A DNA stretch of 62,793 bases, counting the filler, from Asterionella formosa (lineage: Eukaryota): assembly GCA_002256025.1 (NCBI GenBank). It is 14 parts of 14 records of this genome, joined end to end, with 100 filler letters (N's around TTAATTAATTAA, not from the genome) between each part and the next. Parts side by side here need not be neighbours in the genome. Positions count along the whole stretch, not along the records: positions 46,623 to 48,001 come from NKIB01002734.1; positions 48,102 to 49,480 come from NKIB01002735.1; positions 49,581 to 50,959 come from NKIB01002736.1; positions 51,060 to 52,438 come from NKIB01002737.1; positions 52,539 to 53,919 come from NKIB01002738.1; positions 54,020 to 55,398 come from NKIB01002739.1; positions 55,499 to 56,877 come from NKIB01002741.1; positions 56,978 to 58,356 come from NKIB01002742.1; 6 more parts are not named here. The stretch is one strand, 5' to 3'. Every line of letters starts with the position of its first letter. Position 1 is the stretch's first letter. The notes beneath the pieces are model-generated. The model was not told the origin of the DNA. It searched no databases and worked only from the letters and a program-made list of their open reading frames with translations. Below, in pieces: positions 47,645 through 59,935 of this stretch. The translations under genes and the position numbers were made by a program.

Positions 47645-48101
47645 CCTTCATTTGTCTTGAAAAGGTCATTCGCTCCCCAAATCAAAAATGATAAGAACGA
47701 CCCTTAGCCCAACTACCGGTAGATAATATGAGTGACAATCTACCGGTATGTCCCCATTTCTACGGAAAAACCGTATTGTATTATTGCCATGAAGGTACAT
47801 AAGACCAATTACTAAGGCAAGAAGAGGTTAGCTGCCAAGAAATATTGGATATATGTACGTAACGATCTTAAATTTTTTGCTTTCGGGTTGTTTCATTTCG
47901 CCGTCGAATTCAATTCTGAGCCATTTTGCACAAACTATTCTCCCACATTCCTTCTGATTCTCTACCGGTAACTCATAATCATGCATTCTCTCTTGACAAC
48001 TNNNNNNNNNNNNNNNNNNNNNNNNNNNNNNNNNNNNNNNNNNNNTTAATTAATTAANNNNNNNNNNNNNNNNNNNNNNNNNNNNNNNNNNNNNNNNNNN
48101 N

Positions 48102-49480
48102 CTTCCTGAAATCCATCTCAAATGCTCCTCCTTGGGTACAGCAATGACGTCACTGGCTGAGCATGTATTGGAAATTATCTCGTGGCGTATTTTTTCTTCA
48201 ATTTGCCTTAACATGCGCCCTTTAACTACATACGTTTGCTCTGGGACAATGTTGTTTGTCAAGAACTGAGAATCCATATCCGTGTGTCCATAGGTAGGGA
48301 AATTTGGGGAATTCTCGACTGGCACTTGGTGAGGTACAAGAATGGAGGGGTGTGACTGCTGATTATGGGTTTGCACTTGATCTAATCCTCGAACCCCTAT
48401 ACTTTGCAGTAAAGGATACGTAGGTACCAGGAACTCCTCATTCTCGAGTGGCACATGCTGAGGTACAAGAATGGAGGGGTGCGACTGCTGACTTTGAGGT
48501 TGCATTTGATCTAATCTTCGAACCCCTGTATTTCGAAGTAAAGATAACGATGGTACCAACAACTCCTCTGGCATACTAGGGGTGGCGACCTTGTTGTTAT
48601 CAATGTCGTCAGCATGAAGTGGGTCACATGAATCTGAAACCGTTGATGGTGCTCTTCTGCCTGTAACATCCTCTGCTACTGGGAGCATTTCTTCTGTGGA
48701 CTCATCAAAAGAGTCTATGGACTCCGATTCCAAAAAAGCAGGTCCTCTTACTGAGAAAGCTCCTGGTGTTACTGAATTGGGTAAAACACTGTGTAGTGCA
48801 GGAGCAAAGTATGGTACTGATGATTTGGGTTCCACTCTGTCTGATGCAGGAGCAAAGCCTTCTGAAGAAAAGGTGGAATTTGATTTGTTGTTGCCATCTC
48901 CCAGAGAAGAGTTAAGTAGTTTTTCTGCATTGCACTCAGCCTGCCATCGCTCTCTAGTGATTCGTAGACGTGCCTGAACTTCTTCGGCCTTATCCCATTG
49001 CTTATCTTCCATGGCTGCCTTAAATTCACCACACAAATCAGATATAGCAGAGTCAAGCATCTCGATTGAAGGAAGATGATCTCGCTTGCTCTGAAGCCAA
49101 CAAATTCTACCATGAGTTGTCTTAGCGCTGTAAACGTCTTCATCTGCAATTGCCTTTACTAAAGCAACGTTAAGCTTGTGAATTTCCGATTCAACCTCTG
49201 CCCTACTTCCATGTTCCTCCTGTTTTCCTTCATCGGTACTAATCCCAAAATCAGTTAAAGCCTGTCGTTCGATCTTAATTTTGGCCTTCAAGGATACGCG
49301 TTGTTCTTTCAGTCTGTTTGCAGTATTGTAGTCTTCCGCTTGGGTAGCAAGTGCTAAGTCCGAGGCCGTTGAGGCAGCTAATGAAATCAAAGATTCAAGA
49401 TCAGGCATGGACTCTCGCACAAAATTGATTTCATCAATGATATCTTTGCATTCTTTGGCATACAGAAAATCTTCGGCCTT
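48102..49480 (-). CDS. Partial protein with several UVR-type coiled-coil repeats and a PGAF motif
   Basis: AEDYNTANRLKEQ, AIADEDVYSAK, AAMEDKQWDKAEEVQ repeats; TPGAFSVRGP; internal 43-aa duplication. Open across the contig. Confidence 0.65.
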
Positions 49481-51179
49481 NNNNNNNNNNNNNNNNNNNN
49501 NNNNNNNNNNNNNNNNNNNNNNNNTTAATTAATTAANNNNNNNNNNNNNNNNNNNNNNNNNNNNNNNNNNNNNNNNNNNNCTTTGCTGCTTCCATCCAAC
49601 GCCTGGGCTAGGCTACATTCATTGCCAAACAAAGTGGCCTGAGTGATTTACACCCAAACATTGGCTCCCTGCCACATCTGGCCACCTGTCTATTAGACTC
49701 CCTCTGGAGTCATGGCAAAAGAATACATTTTTTGCATGAAAGTGTTGGAAAATGAATAAACGGTCAGTCAGGGGAGTTCATGATCATTTCTGCAATGCGA
49801 AGTTTTTATTCTCATAAATAACAAGCAGTGTATTTTTGAATGGCTGAAAGTAATTCTATAGTAAACTGTCAAATGACCTTATCAAGATTCCATAGAAATA
49901 TGGACCACAACAATTAGTGTGTACATGAAAGTCCTCACTACAAAACTGATGTAGAGGAATATGTTGCATCTTGAAATGTTCTTCCCTCTCCAAGAATACT
50001 GTTGCACAAAATTTCTCATCTATTTTTACAAAACATAGAAAACCTTATCTAGTCAAAGTTATCGAGCCAATCACGGGCTTGCGGACTCAAAACTGTCGCT
50101 ACTTTGGTCATATCTTCAAAACTGAGCAAATGACAACCAAAAACAACTTCCAGTGCTGATTTGAACTTTTTGTTGTCAATACTGGTGCAAATTTTTTTTT
50201 TCAACGATAATCTTGTCTATGTTAGTCTACATACACGTGTGAAACAATAATTGTTCATTGTCAATATTCGTGAAGATATTCAACTCCATAATTTTGTCAT
50301 GGTCAAGATGGAGTTGCTGTCTCATCGACCCCATACCACAGGCAGCTGTACAAACACACATGCAAGTACTGGTAGTGCATATTCACTACCCAGTGGTATG
50401 TATGCCAAGCATACATAATATAGATCACTATTTACATGTGTTGTGGTACCAGCAGTTGGAATTCACATGTAACTCTGCACCATCCACACTGTTATATAGT
50501 ACAAATCAATAAGCAATTGCATTCTACACAATTGCAACATAAAACAATAATAAATTTTTTAATGTGGCCATAAACAGTCGTTGCATGGAAAACATATACT
50601 GGTCTGATCCGGTATCAGTAACTACCAGTAATACTTGTTATAGATGAATAGTACTGTCGACAGCTCTTGCAATGAAGCAGGATGAAGTAGACTCTTAAGG
50701 TTGTTCTAAGAACTTGTAGAAGCGGAAGGTTTGTAATGACGACTAATTCCTAAAGTATTTATTAGAAATTATGAGCTATATATTATATATGCCGGAAGTG
50801 ATGGCGGTACAGGTAATGATGGCAGTATATGCGATTCAAAACCAAATATCCAATGCTGACATCATCTTATGATATTCCATGGTAACGGTCCTATAACCGG
50901 CAATGAAATAATAACCATATGTACATACATCACTCATACTTTCGTTACTCTCCCTCTCANNNNNNNNNNNNNNNNNNNNNNNNNNNNNNNNNNNNNNNNN
51001 NNNTTAATTAATTAANNNNNNNNNNNNNNNNNNNNNNNNNNNNNNNNNNNNNNNNNNNNTAGTATCAGATGTACAAGTAGGAGACAGGAGCATGAGGGAG
51101 GACAGGAATACATGATTTACAGTAGACATTTCTGATAGCAAAGCCTTTTTGTTACAATATGCAAAGTGTTCTACTTGGA

Positions 51180-52337
51180 CTATTTTGTACATATTGTTGA
51201 AAAAGCATCTGGTAATCCTAGTGGATAGGGCACTCGCCGAACTCGGCCAAACATTTGAACAATCCATTTTTCCTCCAAAGGTGGTGGCAGAGACTCATGT
51301 GTGGTTCGGTCATCAGCATTCAAAGTATCCCAGTGTGAAGGGAAGAATACCAAGGCACAGCCTTGTTTTGGAGTGACACCAAACCCAAGTTTGTCAAAGT
51401 ATGTTTCACCTCCCTGGTGGATGTCATTGAGATAGCAAATACAGGTAATGATGCGTTGCCCGCCCAAATCTTCCCATTCTGACCCTCTTGTCGGAGATGC
51501 ATCACTGTGTCTGGAAAAGGTGGCACCCGGTGCATATCTTGTCACAACTGGAGCTTCCCAGCAGTCCCAGGGATGTCCTGTGATGTCCTGGACACGATTA
51601 ATGAACTCCTTAACAAAAGCCATGTCTTCGATTAGGTTCAAGGCCATAGCATCTGAGGTTCGTGCTGCACGATTGGACAACATTTGAGTCAAGGGCAGAG
51701 CCAGGTATGCCAAGCAGACTGTGACTCCAAATGCAATCAGGATGGGTGGCACAATGGCAGCTTTAATTTCTGAGAAGCTTGCACCATGATCTATGTTAAA
51801 AAGTTGTGGAATACCAGCCAGCAGTGACAGAATTGGAAGAGGCCATAGTTTTTGAATATTAATAGTCACTTCAGGAGGGTTGGACCTCGTCATCGTTCGA
51901 TTTTGTAGCTCGAGATTCTCGACGTACTGCTGATATGCTCGGCATTCAGATGATGAAAGCAATGACGGAACGACGTAGACTAACGGGTCTCGAGAGAGCA
52001 CGTCGATCCCGGGAGGCAGTTCCCTGCGAGGAAATGCCTGTTCTGGGGCAGCCGATCCACCCGGCATTATTGATCTCGTCGCGTATGATAGCGACCGAGA
52101 ATACGTGGGTCTGGCTCGCGGCATATTACGCCATCGATTGGTTTCTTTCCAGCGCATTGGCTCATTTGCAGAATGCAATGCCGCATTTTCTATTACATGC
52201 CTGGTGAATAGGAACAGCAAGCATGACAGAGACTTCATCGCGTGACACCAGCCATAGACTCGTTTTGCGTACAACAATCGGCGGCGGCCACTATAGGCAA
52301 ACTTGCACTTCACTTCCTCGATGAAATTGCCTCTCAA
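51180..52337 (-). CDS. Prolyl 4-hydroxylase-like 2OG-Fe(II) oxygenase with inserted hydrophobic segment
   Basis: LSRDPLVYVVPSLLSSSEC, ARTS, VVTRYAPGATFSRHSDA (HxD), GGQRIITCICYLND..GGETYF, HESLPP..EKW. True start uncertain. Confidence 0.85.
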   Translation of the reverse strand: MRGNFIEEVKCKFAYSGRRRLLYAKRVYGWCHAMKSLSCLLFLFTRHVIENAALHSANEPMRWKETNRWRNMPRARPTYSRSLSYATRSIMPGGSAAPEQAFPRRELPPGIDVLSRDPLVYVVPSLLSSSECRAYQQYVENLELQNRTMTRSNPPEVTINIQKLWPLPILSLLAGIPQLFNIDHGASFSEIKAAIVPPILIAFGVTVCLAYLALPLTQMLSNRAARTSDAMALNLIEDMAFVKEFINRVQDITGHPWDCWEAPVVTRYAPGATFSRHSDASPTRGSEWEDLGGQRIITCICYLNDIHQGGETYFDKLGFGVTPKQGCALVFFPSHWDTLNADDRTTHESLPPPLEEKWIVQMFGRVRRVPYPLGLPDAFSTICTK

Positions 52338-52744
52338 TGGAAAACTATGGCAAGCAACTCAACATCCCAGCTTTCTTTGTTCCATATATTAAATTATTTT
52401 TATTAAAGCAAAAATGTTGCGGTAATTTTGCTGAACTANNNNNNNNNNNNNNNNNNNNNNNNNNNNNNNNNNNNNNNNNNNNTTAATTAATTAANNNNNN
52501 NNNNNNNNNNNNNNNNNNNNNNNNNNNNNNNNNNNNNNCTGGTCCAACAATAATTTATTTTAACTAGCTAATTTAACTAATTAACTTTATTGAGTTGTTT
52601 CCAGAGCTTGAAAGCAGCTGATTCCGAAGCTTGCTTCTTTAACAGGAACTTCGACACCACCAGTGCGTGGGGAAGGGAAAATCAAGAAGGAGGACATTCC
52701 TACTATCATCAAGACCCCATTCCTTGGTGAAAGCGCTTTGTTAC

Positions 52745-52818
52745 AAATTCCATACTGGTCCGATGCGATGCGCACGCCTCTGGAAATTCCATACTGGTCC
52801 AATGCGCACGCCTCTGGA
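52745..52818. repeat. Short two-copy tandem repeat
   Basis: AAATTCCATACTGGTCC...ATGCGCACGCCTCTGGA occurs twice. Confidence 0.8.
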
Positions 52819-53095
52819 CAATGATCCAACTGTAGTAGGTTGTGGTATGCATGGTGCCGTGCCGGTGGGGCTGGTATGATGGTATTCTTCTTCATATCTT
52901 GTACAGAAGGCAGGTGCACCTACACCTAGCGAAGGGGAGATTGAGACTTGGGAGGAGGCATTCGATTTTTGTTCCTTTGAGTGTTGGTGAAACTGGTCCG
53001 CTAAAGTTGATTGTCAAGATAGGTCATGAGTGAGTCACGCTAGAACAAAAAACGGATTCAATAAGCAATCACGAAAGAGACTTTGACTTTGCCAA

Positions 53096-53311
53096 TCCGC
53101 TCCGCTCCGCTCCGCTCCGTTGCCTGCTTGCTTGCTTGCTTCCTTTCCATTGACCAGAAGAAGCAATAAAACCACTCTCCATAGTGGACACGAACAAAGC
53201 TCGATCGCACAAGCGCGGCACTCACATCAGCAACCCGTTCTGTTCTGTTCTGTTCTGTTCCGTTCCGTTCCGTTCCGTTCCGTTCCGTTTCGTCGCGTTC
53301 GCGTTCGCGTT
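53096..53311. repeat. Compound microsatellites (CTCCG)n, (GCTT)n, (GTTCT)n/(GTTCC)n/(GTTCGC)n
   Basis: Read directly at 53096-53142 and 53237-53311. Confidence 0.9.
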
Positions 53312-54019
53312 GACGTGAATCTCAGTTACCACCGGTCACCCATTGCGCCGTGCATCGCTTGCTTTCATTTCTCGTCATGCTCACACTGGAGAATACCGGC
53401 TCAGCAGCCCACTCGCCACTCGCCGTATTCGTCCTCCAAAAGTCAAAGGTCCCTCCCGAATCTCGCCGGTTCCCACTGAGTCGATGAAGAAAGCAAGAAG
53501 CACCCGTGTGTCAACCGTAACAACAAAGTATGCCTAGCGGGAGACCGCCATCGAGGTTGGACCACAGGGAGCCAGCCTTTTTTTTGTACGAACAAGCGCG
53601 CAATAAGACAAGCGTTAGATGCGATATTTAAAAAAGCATCAAGATTTCGCATGTGGATGGTTTGTTTGTACTTTACATTTTATAGGTTTTTTATTTATTT
53701 TATGAACAAAAGCGCAAAAGTGTACCGGAAATAATATTCTCATTATTATTACCGGTATTATTAGACTACTGATCACGATGATTTGTGAAGAAGCATTTGA
53801 ACAGATCGCCCACCATGACGGCACTGTTTTTCTTGCATCGGCACTAAAATACAAATGTCATAGAGCAAGAATGACGACGCAAAGGAAGGTACCAGTACTG
53901 GTAGCAGGTACCTGGTACCNNNNNNNNNNNNNNNNNNNNNNNNNNNNNNNNNNNNNNNNNNNNTTAATTAATTAANNNNNNNNNNNNNNNNNNNNNNNNN
54001 NNNNNNNNNNNNNNNNNNN

Positions 54020-55398
54020 GCAGGTGCTGGGCAATGCGGTTGAGTGGTATAAATCCTTGGGATTTGTACACTGCAATCCTATTCCTTGGATGGACAGGAT
54101 CAATCATCCTCTTGAAAACCTTCTTCATGATGAGAGGAACAAGAACAATGGCGATGTTGATTCATACAATTATGGACCTGATATGCCAGAACCAGCAAAT
54201 TTCGAGACCTTTCCTATCGTGCGTTTGCGAACAAATATAGCTGGGAGTCTTCTTTCAGCCACTCATTATGATCTTCTTGATCATCAATTGGAAGAGCAAG
54301 CCTATGTGTACTCGATGTTTCTTCCCATTGGGGGTTTCATCTACAAGCAACCAAAAGGTATGTTCGTTTACTATGTATGCTGTATTCATATTCATTTATT
54401 CATTCACACATTTCTTTTTTTGCATTCATCGCCTGACAGAGGTGATGAATGCGAAGGCAGCTATCAGGTCAGAGTATGCCCGCTTGGAAGCGCCTTCTTA
54501 CGCGCTCGGAAAGCGTGCGAAGAGAGGCACTTTGCAGATGGCTGCTTCTATAGTTACAGCAGGATCAACACAGGCCCAATCCCGAGTGTTGCAGAAGAGT
54601 GTTCCAAAGAAAGCTGCAAAGACGAGGATGAAGGCTCCTCCAAGAGCTGTTGCTGCAAAAGCTGTTGCACTCAAGCCTTCTGCCAAGGCTACTCCCAAGC
54701 ATGATGCTACCAAAGCCATCACATCCAAGGCAGGTGCTTACAACGCTGCGAAGTCAACAGCCAGGAGCCGAGATGTTGCATCAATGCCTGTAACTAATCC
54801 TCACGAAGAATCTGAATCGGACTGCAAACCAGCCGCGATTCCCAGCAAAAAAGTATCGAAACCAGACTCTAAACCAGCTGCCATAAACAGGAAAAAAGTA
54901 TCCAAACCGGATTCCAAATCAGCTGCCACCTCCAGCAAATTGGTCTCCAAACCGGAGTCCCAACAAGTTGCTGTGCCAATAATCAAGAAACGATCGAAGG
55001 CTACCTGGTCCCCTTCTAGTTCTATTTCCAAGAAATCACGAATTTCTTCCAAGGACAATGATGTGATTAGTCTAACAGATGATGATAGTAGTGAGTCAAA
55101 GGCAACTGCCTCAAAGAATGACCTCCTCCATTGTGTCAATCCTGAACTACCTTCTGTTGCCAATTTCGACAAAAGTAACCAGAATGTGATCAAGCTGGAA
55201 CTCATCCTGTCCCACCATGGGATAAGGTCGAAACAATTTGACCTAGCAGGAATTCTTGCTTCACGCCGAGCAATCACCACTCAAAGGCTCAGCTCTCAAG
55301 GCAGTTTCAAGGGTGTCACTAACACAGCAAATATTTCAAGCTTGCTCTATCAGGCTGATGCAGCCTACCACCAATTTCGTCAGGAGTGCTTGCAGTAT
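54020..55398 (+). CDS. Multicopy unknown gene, variant 1 (partial; intron 54358-54439)
   Basis: Exon 1 (NAVEWYKSLGF...YKQPK) splices via GTATGT...GACAG in frame to EVMNAKAA..., a Lys/Ala/Ser-rich exon. Open at both contig ends. Confidence 0.75.
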
Positions 55399-55498
55399 NN
55401 NNNNNNNNNNNNNNNNNNNNNNNNNNNNNNNNNNNNNNNNNNTTAATTAATTAANNNNNNNNNNNNNNNNNNNNNNNNNNNNNNNNNNNNNNNNNNNN

Positions 55499-56877
55499 GC
55501 AGGTGCTGGGCCATGCGGTTGAATGGTATAAATCCTTGGGATTTGTACACTGCAATCCTATTCCTTGGATGGACAGGATCAATCATCCTCTTGAAACCCT
55601 TCTTCATGATGAGAGGAACAAGAACAATGGCGATGTTGATTCATACAATTATGGACCTGATATGCCAGAACCAGCAAATTTCGAGACCTTTCCTATCGTG
55701 CGTTTGCGAACAAATATAGCTGGGAGTCTTCTTTCAGCCACTCATTATGATCTTCTTGATCATCAATTGGAAGAGCAAGCCTACGTGTACTCGATGTTTC
55801 TTCCCATTGGGGGTTTCATCTACAAGCAACCAAAAGGTATGTTCGTTTACTATATATGCTGTATTCATATTCATTTATTCATTCACACATTTCTTTTTTT
55901 GCATTCATCGCCTGACAGAGGTGATGAATGCGAAGGCAGCTATCAGGTCAGAGTATGCCCGCTTGGAAGCGCCTTCTTATGCGCTCGGAAAGCGTGCGAA
56001 GAGAAGCACTTTGCAGAAGGCTGCTTCTATAGTTACAGCAGGATCAACACAGGCCCAATCCCGAGTGTTGCAGAAGATTGTTCCAAAGAAAGCTGCAAAG
56101 ACGAGGATGAAGGCTCCTCCTAGAACTGTTGCTGCAAAAGCTGTCGCACTCAAGCCTTCTGCCAAGGGAACTCCCAAGCATGATGCTACCAAAGCCATCA
56201 CATCCAAGGCAGGTGCTTACCACGCTGCGAAGTCAACAGCCAGGAGCCGAGATGTTGCATCAATGCCTGTAACTAATCCTTACGAAGAATCTGAATCGGA
56301 CTGCAAACCAGCCGCGATTCCCAGCAAAAAAGTATCGAAACCAGACTCTAAACCAGCTACCATAAACAGGAAAAAAGTATCCCAACCGGATTCCAAATCA
56401 GCTGCCACCTCCAGCAAATTGGTCTCCAAACCGGAGTTCCAACAAGTTGCTGTGCCAATAATCAAGAAACGATCGAAGGCTACCTGGCCCCCTTCTAGTT
56501 CTATTTCCAAGAAATCACTAATTTCTTCTAAGGACAGTGATGTGATTAGTCTAACAGATGATGATAGTAGTGAGTCAAAGGCAACTGCCTCAAAGAATGA
56601 CCTCCTCCATTGTGTCAATCCTGAACTACCTTCTGTTGTCAATTTCGACAAAAGTAACCAGAATGTGATCAAGCTGGAACTCATCCTGTCCCACCATGGG
56701 ATAAGGTCGAAACAATTTGACCTAGCAGGAACTCTTGCTTCACGCCGAGCAATCACCACTCAAAGGCTCAGCTCTCAAGGCAGTTTCAAGGGTGTCACTA
56801 ACACAGCAAATATTTCAAGCTTGCTCTATCAGGCTGATGCAGCCTACCACCAATTTCGTCAGGAGTGCTTGCAGTAT
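55499..56877 (+). CDS. Multicopy unknown gene, variant 2 (partial)
   Basis: Same 1379-bp extent and intron as variant 1, with scattered substitutions; spliced frame open. Confidence 0.75.
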
Positions 56878-56977
56878 NNNNNNNNNNNNNNNNNNNNNNN
56901 NNNNNNNNNNNNNNNNNNNNNTTAATTAATTAANNNNNNNNNNNNNNNNNNNNNNNNNNNNNNNNNNNNNNNNNNNN

Positions 56978-58356
56978 GGGTGGAATAGTAGTTGTTGTGG
57001 AGTATCTGCTAGCTGGTATGGGACTCCAAACTGGTAGTGGAGGTTTGCCAAGGCTTGCTGGTACGCTATTTTGTGGTGGTCATCATGGTTTGCGGTATGA
57101 TAAGCATTGTTGACTTGGGGATTTGGGGGGATCATGGGTATTCCAGAGAGCCTCGGGGGTTGTTGGTGGTAGTTGTTGGTGTTGGTCTCGGTGTAATGTA
57201 ATGGTTGTGGGTAGTTTCGTTGCTGGGAGACGTGGTTGGAAGGGTGGAGTTGGTGTGTTGGAGTGACTGTTGGGGGAGGTGCTGGTGGTGTGGTGTATGT
57301 GTTTGCTGTTGGATAGGATATTGGGTACGGGAATCCTCTGTGTTGAAAAGGTGGATCTTCCTGCACCAATTTTTGGGTTGGGGTTGCTGGTGTTTGGTAG
57401 GTCCGTTGGGATGAATATGGGTCAACCGGTGCTGGGTTGTGGCCAGTGTATTCCACAATATCATCCTCCGGGTCAGAAATTACGGAATCTGATGTGTCAG
57501 TTTGGAATGTGGACTGGTTGGGGGGTGCGAGATGTGGCAGTGGAGGTAGAATGAGAATCTTTTTTCTTGGGATTGGTGGTGTGAGGAGTGGCAACATTGT
57601 TGGTGTGGTGGTTTGTGGATGGGGTGTATCCTCGTCTCCAGCTCCTGTTGCATTGAGATTGTCTGGGTTGGTTGTTTTGGTGCTGGGGTAGAATTCCGCC
57701 AAAGGGTCGTTGGAAATGTTGTCAAGTGTGCTCTCGTAGATGGCTCGGTTAGAAGCGGATTTGCGGATCCAGTCTGCCATGGTTTGGCAGAGAAGAGTGA
57801 GCCATTTTGTTTTTGCTGTGGTATGAAGGACAGAGGGGGCGGTTTCATTTGTGTGGAGGCTGGAGGTTTGTTGGGGTTTTGTTGGGATGATCGCGTTTTC
57901 TACTAACCATTTCACATACTTGTGTTTTACAGGAAGGATAGGGTTCTCGATGTGCAGGGAGGTCCCCTTGGTATGTTCATAGAGGTAACGCCAGGCTGCC
58001 ACAAGATAGTGGAGGAAAGGGTGTTGGCCATCAAGGTTAGAGATGAAATCGTCGTCATCTAGTGTTCCTTCAGGTGGGAATGTAGGTGGAGCATCTAAAA
58101 TGGCTATGGTTGGAATAGAACCAAAGAAACCTTCAAGATCATGGAGTTCTACTGCATCAGGGGTATCAGAGGCAGAGTGGTATCCTGGCCAACCATCGGG
58201 GTTTGGAAGGCTGGTTGGTGTTTTTTGTAGTTTGAATTTTGTACCCTTTGGGATGCGACCATCGAAAGCTGAGCCTTCATCGACATGGTGTGGTTGCATG
58301 AGCAAAGACAAGGCTCCTGGGGCTAGGGCAATGACATTGGAAATGAGGTCAATGAC
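56978..58356 (-). CDS. Partial unknown protein with Pro/Thr/His/Gln-rich region, possibly a retroelement ORF1
   Basis: Reading frame open across the whole contig with strong C/A strand skew; no catalytic motif recognised. Confidence 0.5.
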
Positions 58357-58456
58357 NNNNNNNNNNNNNNNNNNNNNNNNNNNNNNNNNNNNNNNNNNNN
58401 TTAATTAATTAANNNNNNNNNNNNNNNNNNNNNNNNNNNNNNNNNNNNNNNNNNNN

Positions 58457-59835
58457 GCAGGTGCTGGGCAATGCGGTTGAGTGGTATAAATCCTTGGGAT
58501 TTGTACACTGCAATCCTATTCCTTGGATGGACAGGATCAATCATCCTCTTGAAAACCTTCTTCATGATGAGAGGAACAAGAACGATGGCGATGTTGATTC
58601 ATACAATTATGGACCTGATATGCCAGAACCAGCAAATTTCGAGACCTTTCCTATCGTGTGTTTGCGAACAAATATAACTGGGAGTCTTCTTTCAGCCACT
58701 CATTATGATCTTCTTGATCATCAATTGGAAGAGCAAGCCTATGTGTACTCGATGTTTCTTCCCATTGGGGGTTTCATCTACAAGCAACCAAAAGGTATGT
58801 TCGTTTACTATATATGATGTATTCATATTCATTTATTCATTCAAACATTTCTATTTTTGCATTCATCGCCTGACAGAGGTGATGAATGCGAAGGCAGCTA
58901 TCAGATCAGAGTATGCCCGCTTGGAAGCGCCTTCTTATGCGCTCGGAAAGCGTGCGAGGAGAGGCACTTTGCAGAAGGCTGCTTCTATAGTTACAGCAGG
59001 ATCAACACAGGCCCAATCCCGAGTGTTGCAGAAGAGTGTTCCAAAGAAAGCTGCAAAGACGAGGATGAAGACTCTTCCAAGAGCTGTTGCTGCAAAAGCT
59101 GTTGCACTCAAGCCTTCTGCCAAGGCTACTCCCAAGCATGATGCTACCAAAGCCATCACATCCAAGGCAGGTGCTTACAACGCTGCGAAGTCAACAGCCA
59201 GGAGCCGAGATGTTGCATCAATGCCTGTAACTAATCCTTACGAAGAATCTGAATCGGACTGCAAACCAGCCGCGATTCCCAGCAAAAAAGTATCGAAACC
59301 AGACTCTAAACCAGCTGCCATAAACAGGAAAAAATTATCCAAACCGGATTCCAAATCAGCTGCCACCTCCAGCAACTTGGTCTCCAAAGCAGAGTCCCAA
59401 CAAGTTGCTGTGCCAATAATCAAGAAACGATCGAAGGCTACCTGGCCCCCTTCTAGTTCTATTTCCAAGAAATCACGAATTTCTTCCAAGGACAATGATG
59501 TGATTAGTCTAACAGATGATGATAGTAGTGTGTCAAAGGCAACTGCCTCAAAGAATGACCTCCTCCATTGTGTCAATCCTGAACGACCTTCTGTTGTCAA
59601 TTTCGACAAAAGTAACCAGAATGTGATCAAGCTGGAACTCATCCTGTCCCACCATGGGATAAGGTCGAAACAATTTGACCTAGCAGGAATTCTTGCTTCA
59701 CGCCGAGCAATCACCACTCAAAGGCTCAGCTCTCAAGGCAGTTTCAAGGGTGTCACTAACACAGCAAATATTTCAAGCTTGCTCTATCAGGCTGATGCAG
59801 CCTACCACCAATTTCGTCAGGAGTGCTTGCAGTAT
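58457..59835 (+). CDS. Multicopy unknown gene, variant 3 (partial)
   Basis: As variant 1. A stop in the exon-1 frame falls inside the predicted intron, which supports the splice model. Confidence 0.75.
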
Positions 59836-59935
59836 NNNNNNNNNNNNNNNNNNNNNNNNNNNNNNNNNNNNNNNNNNNNTTAATTAATTAANNNNNNNNN
59901 NNNNNNNNNNNNNNNNNNNNNNNNNNNNNNNNNNN

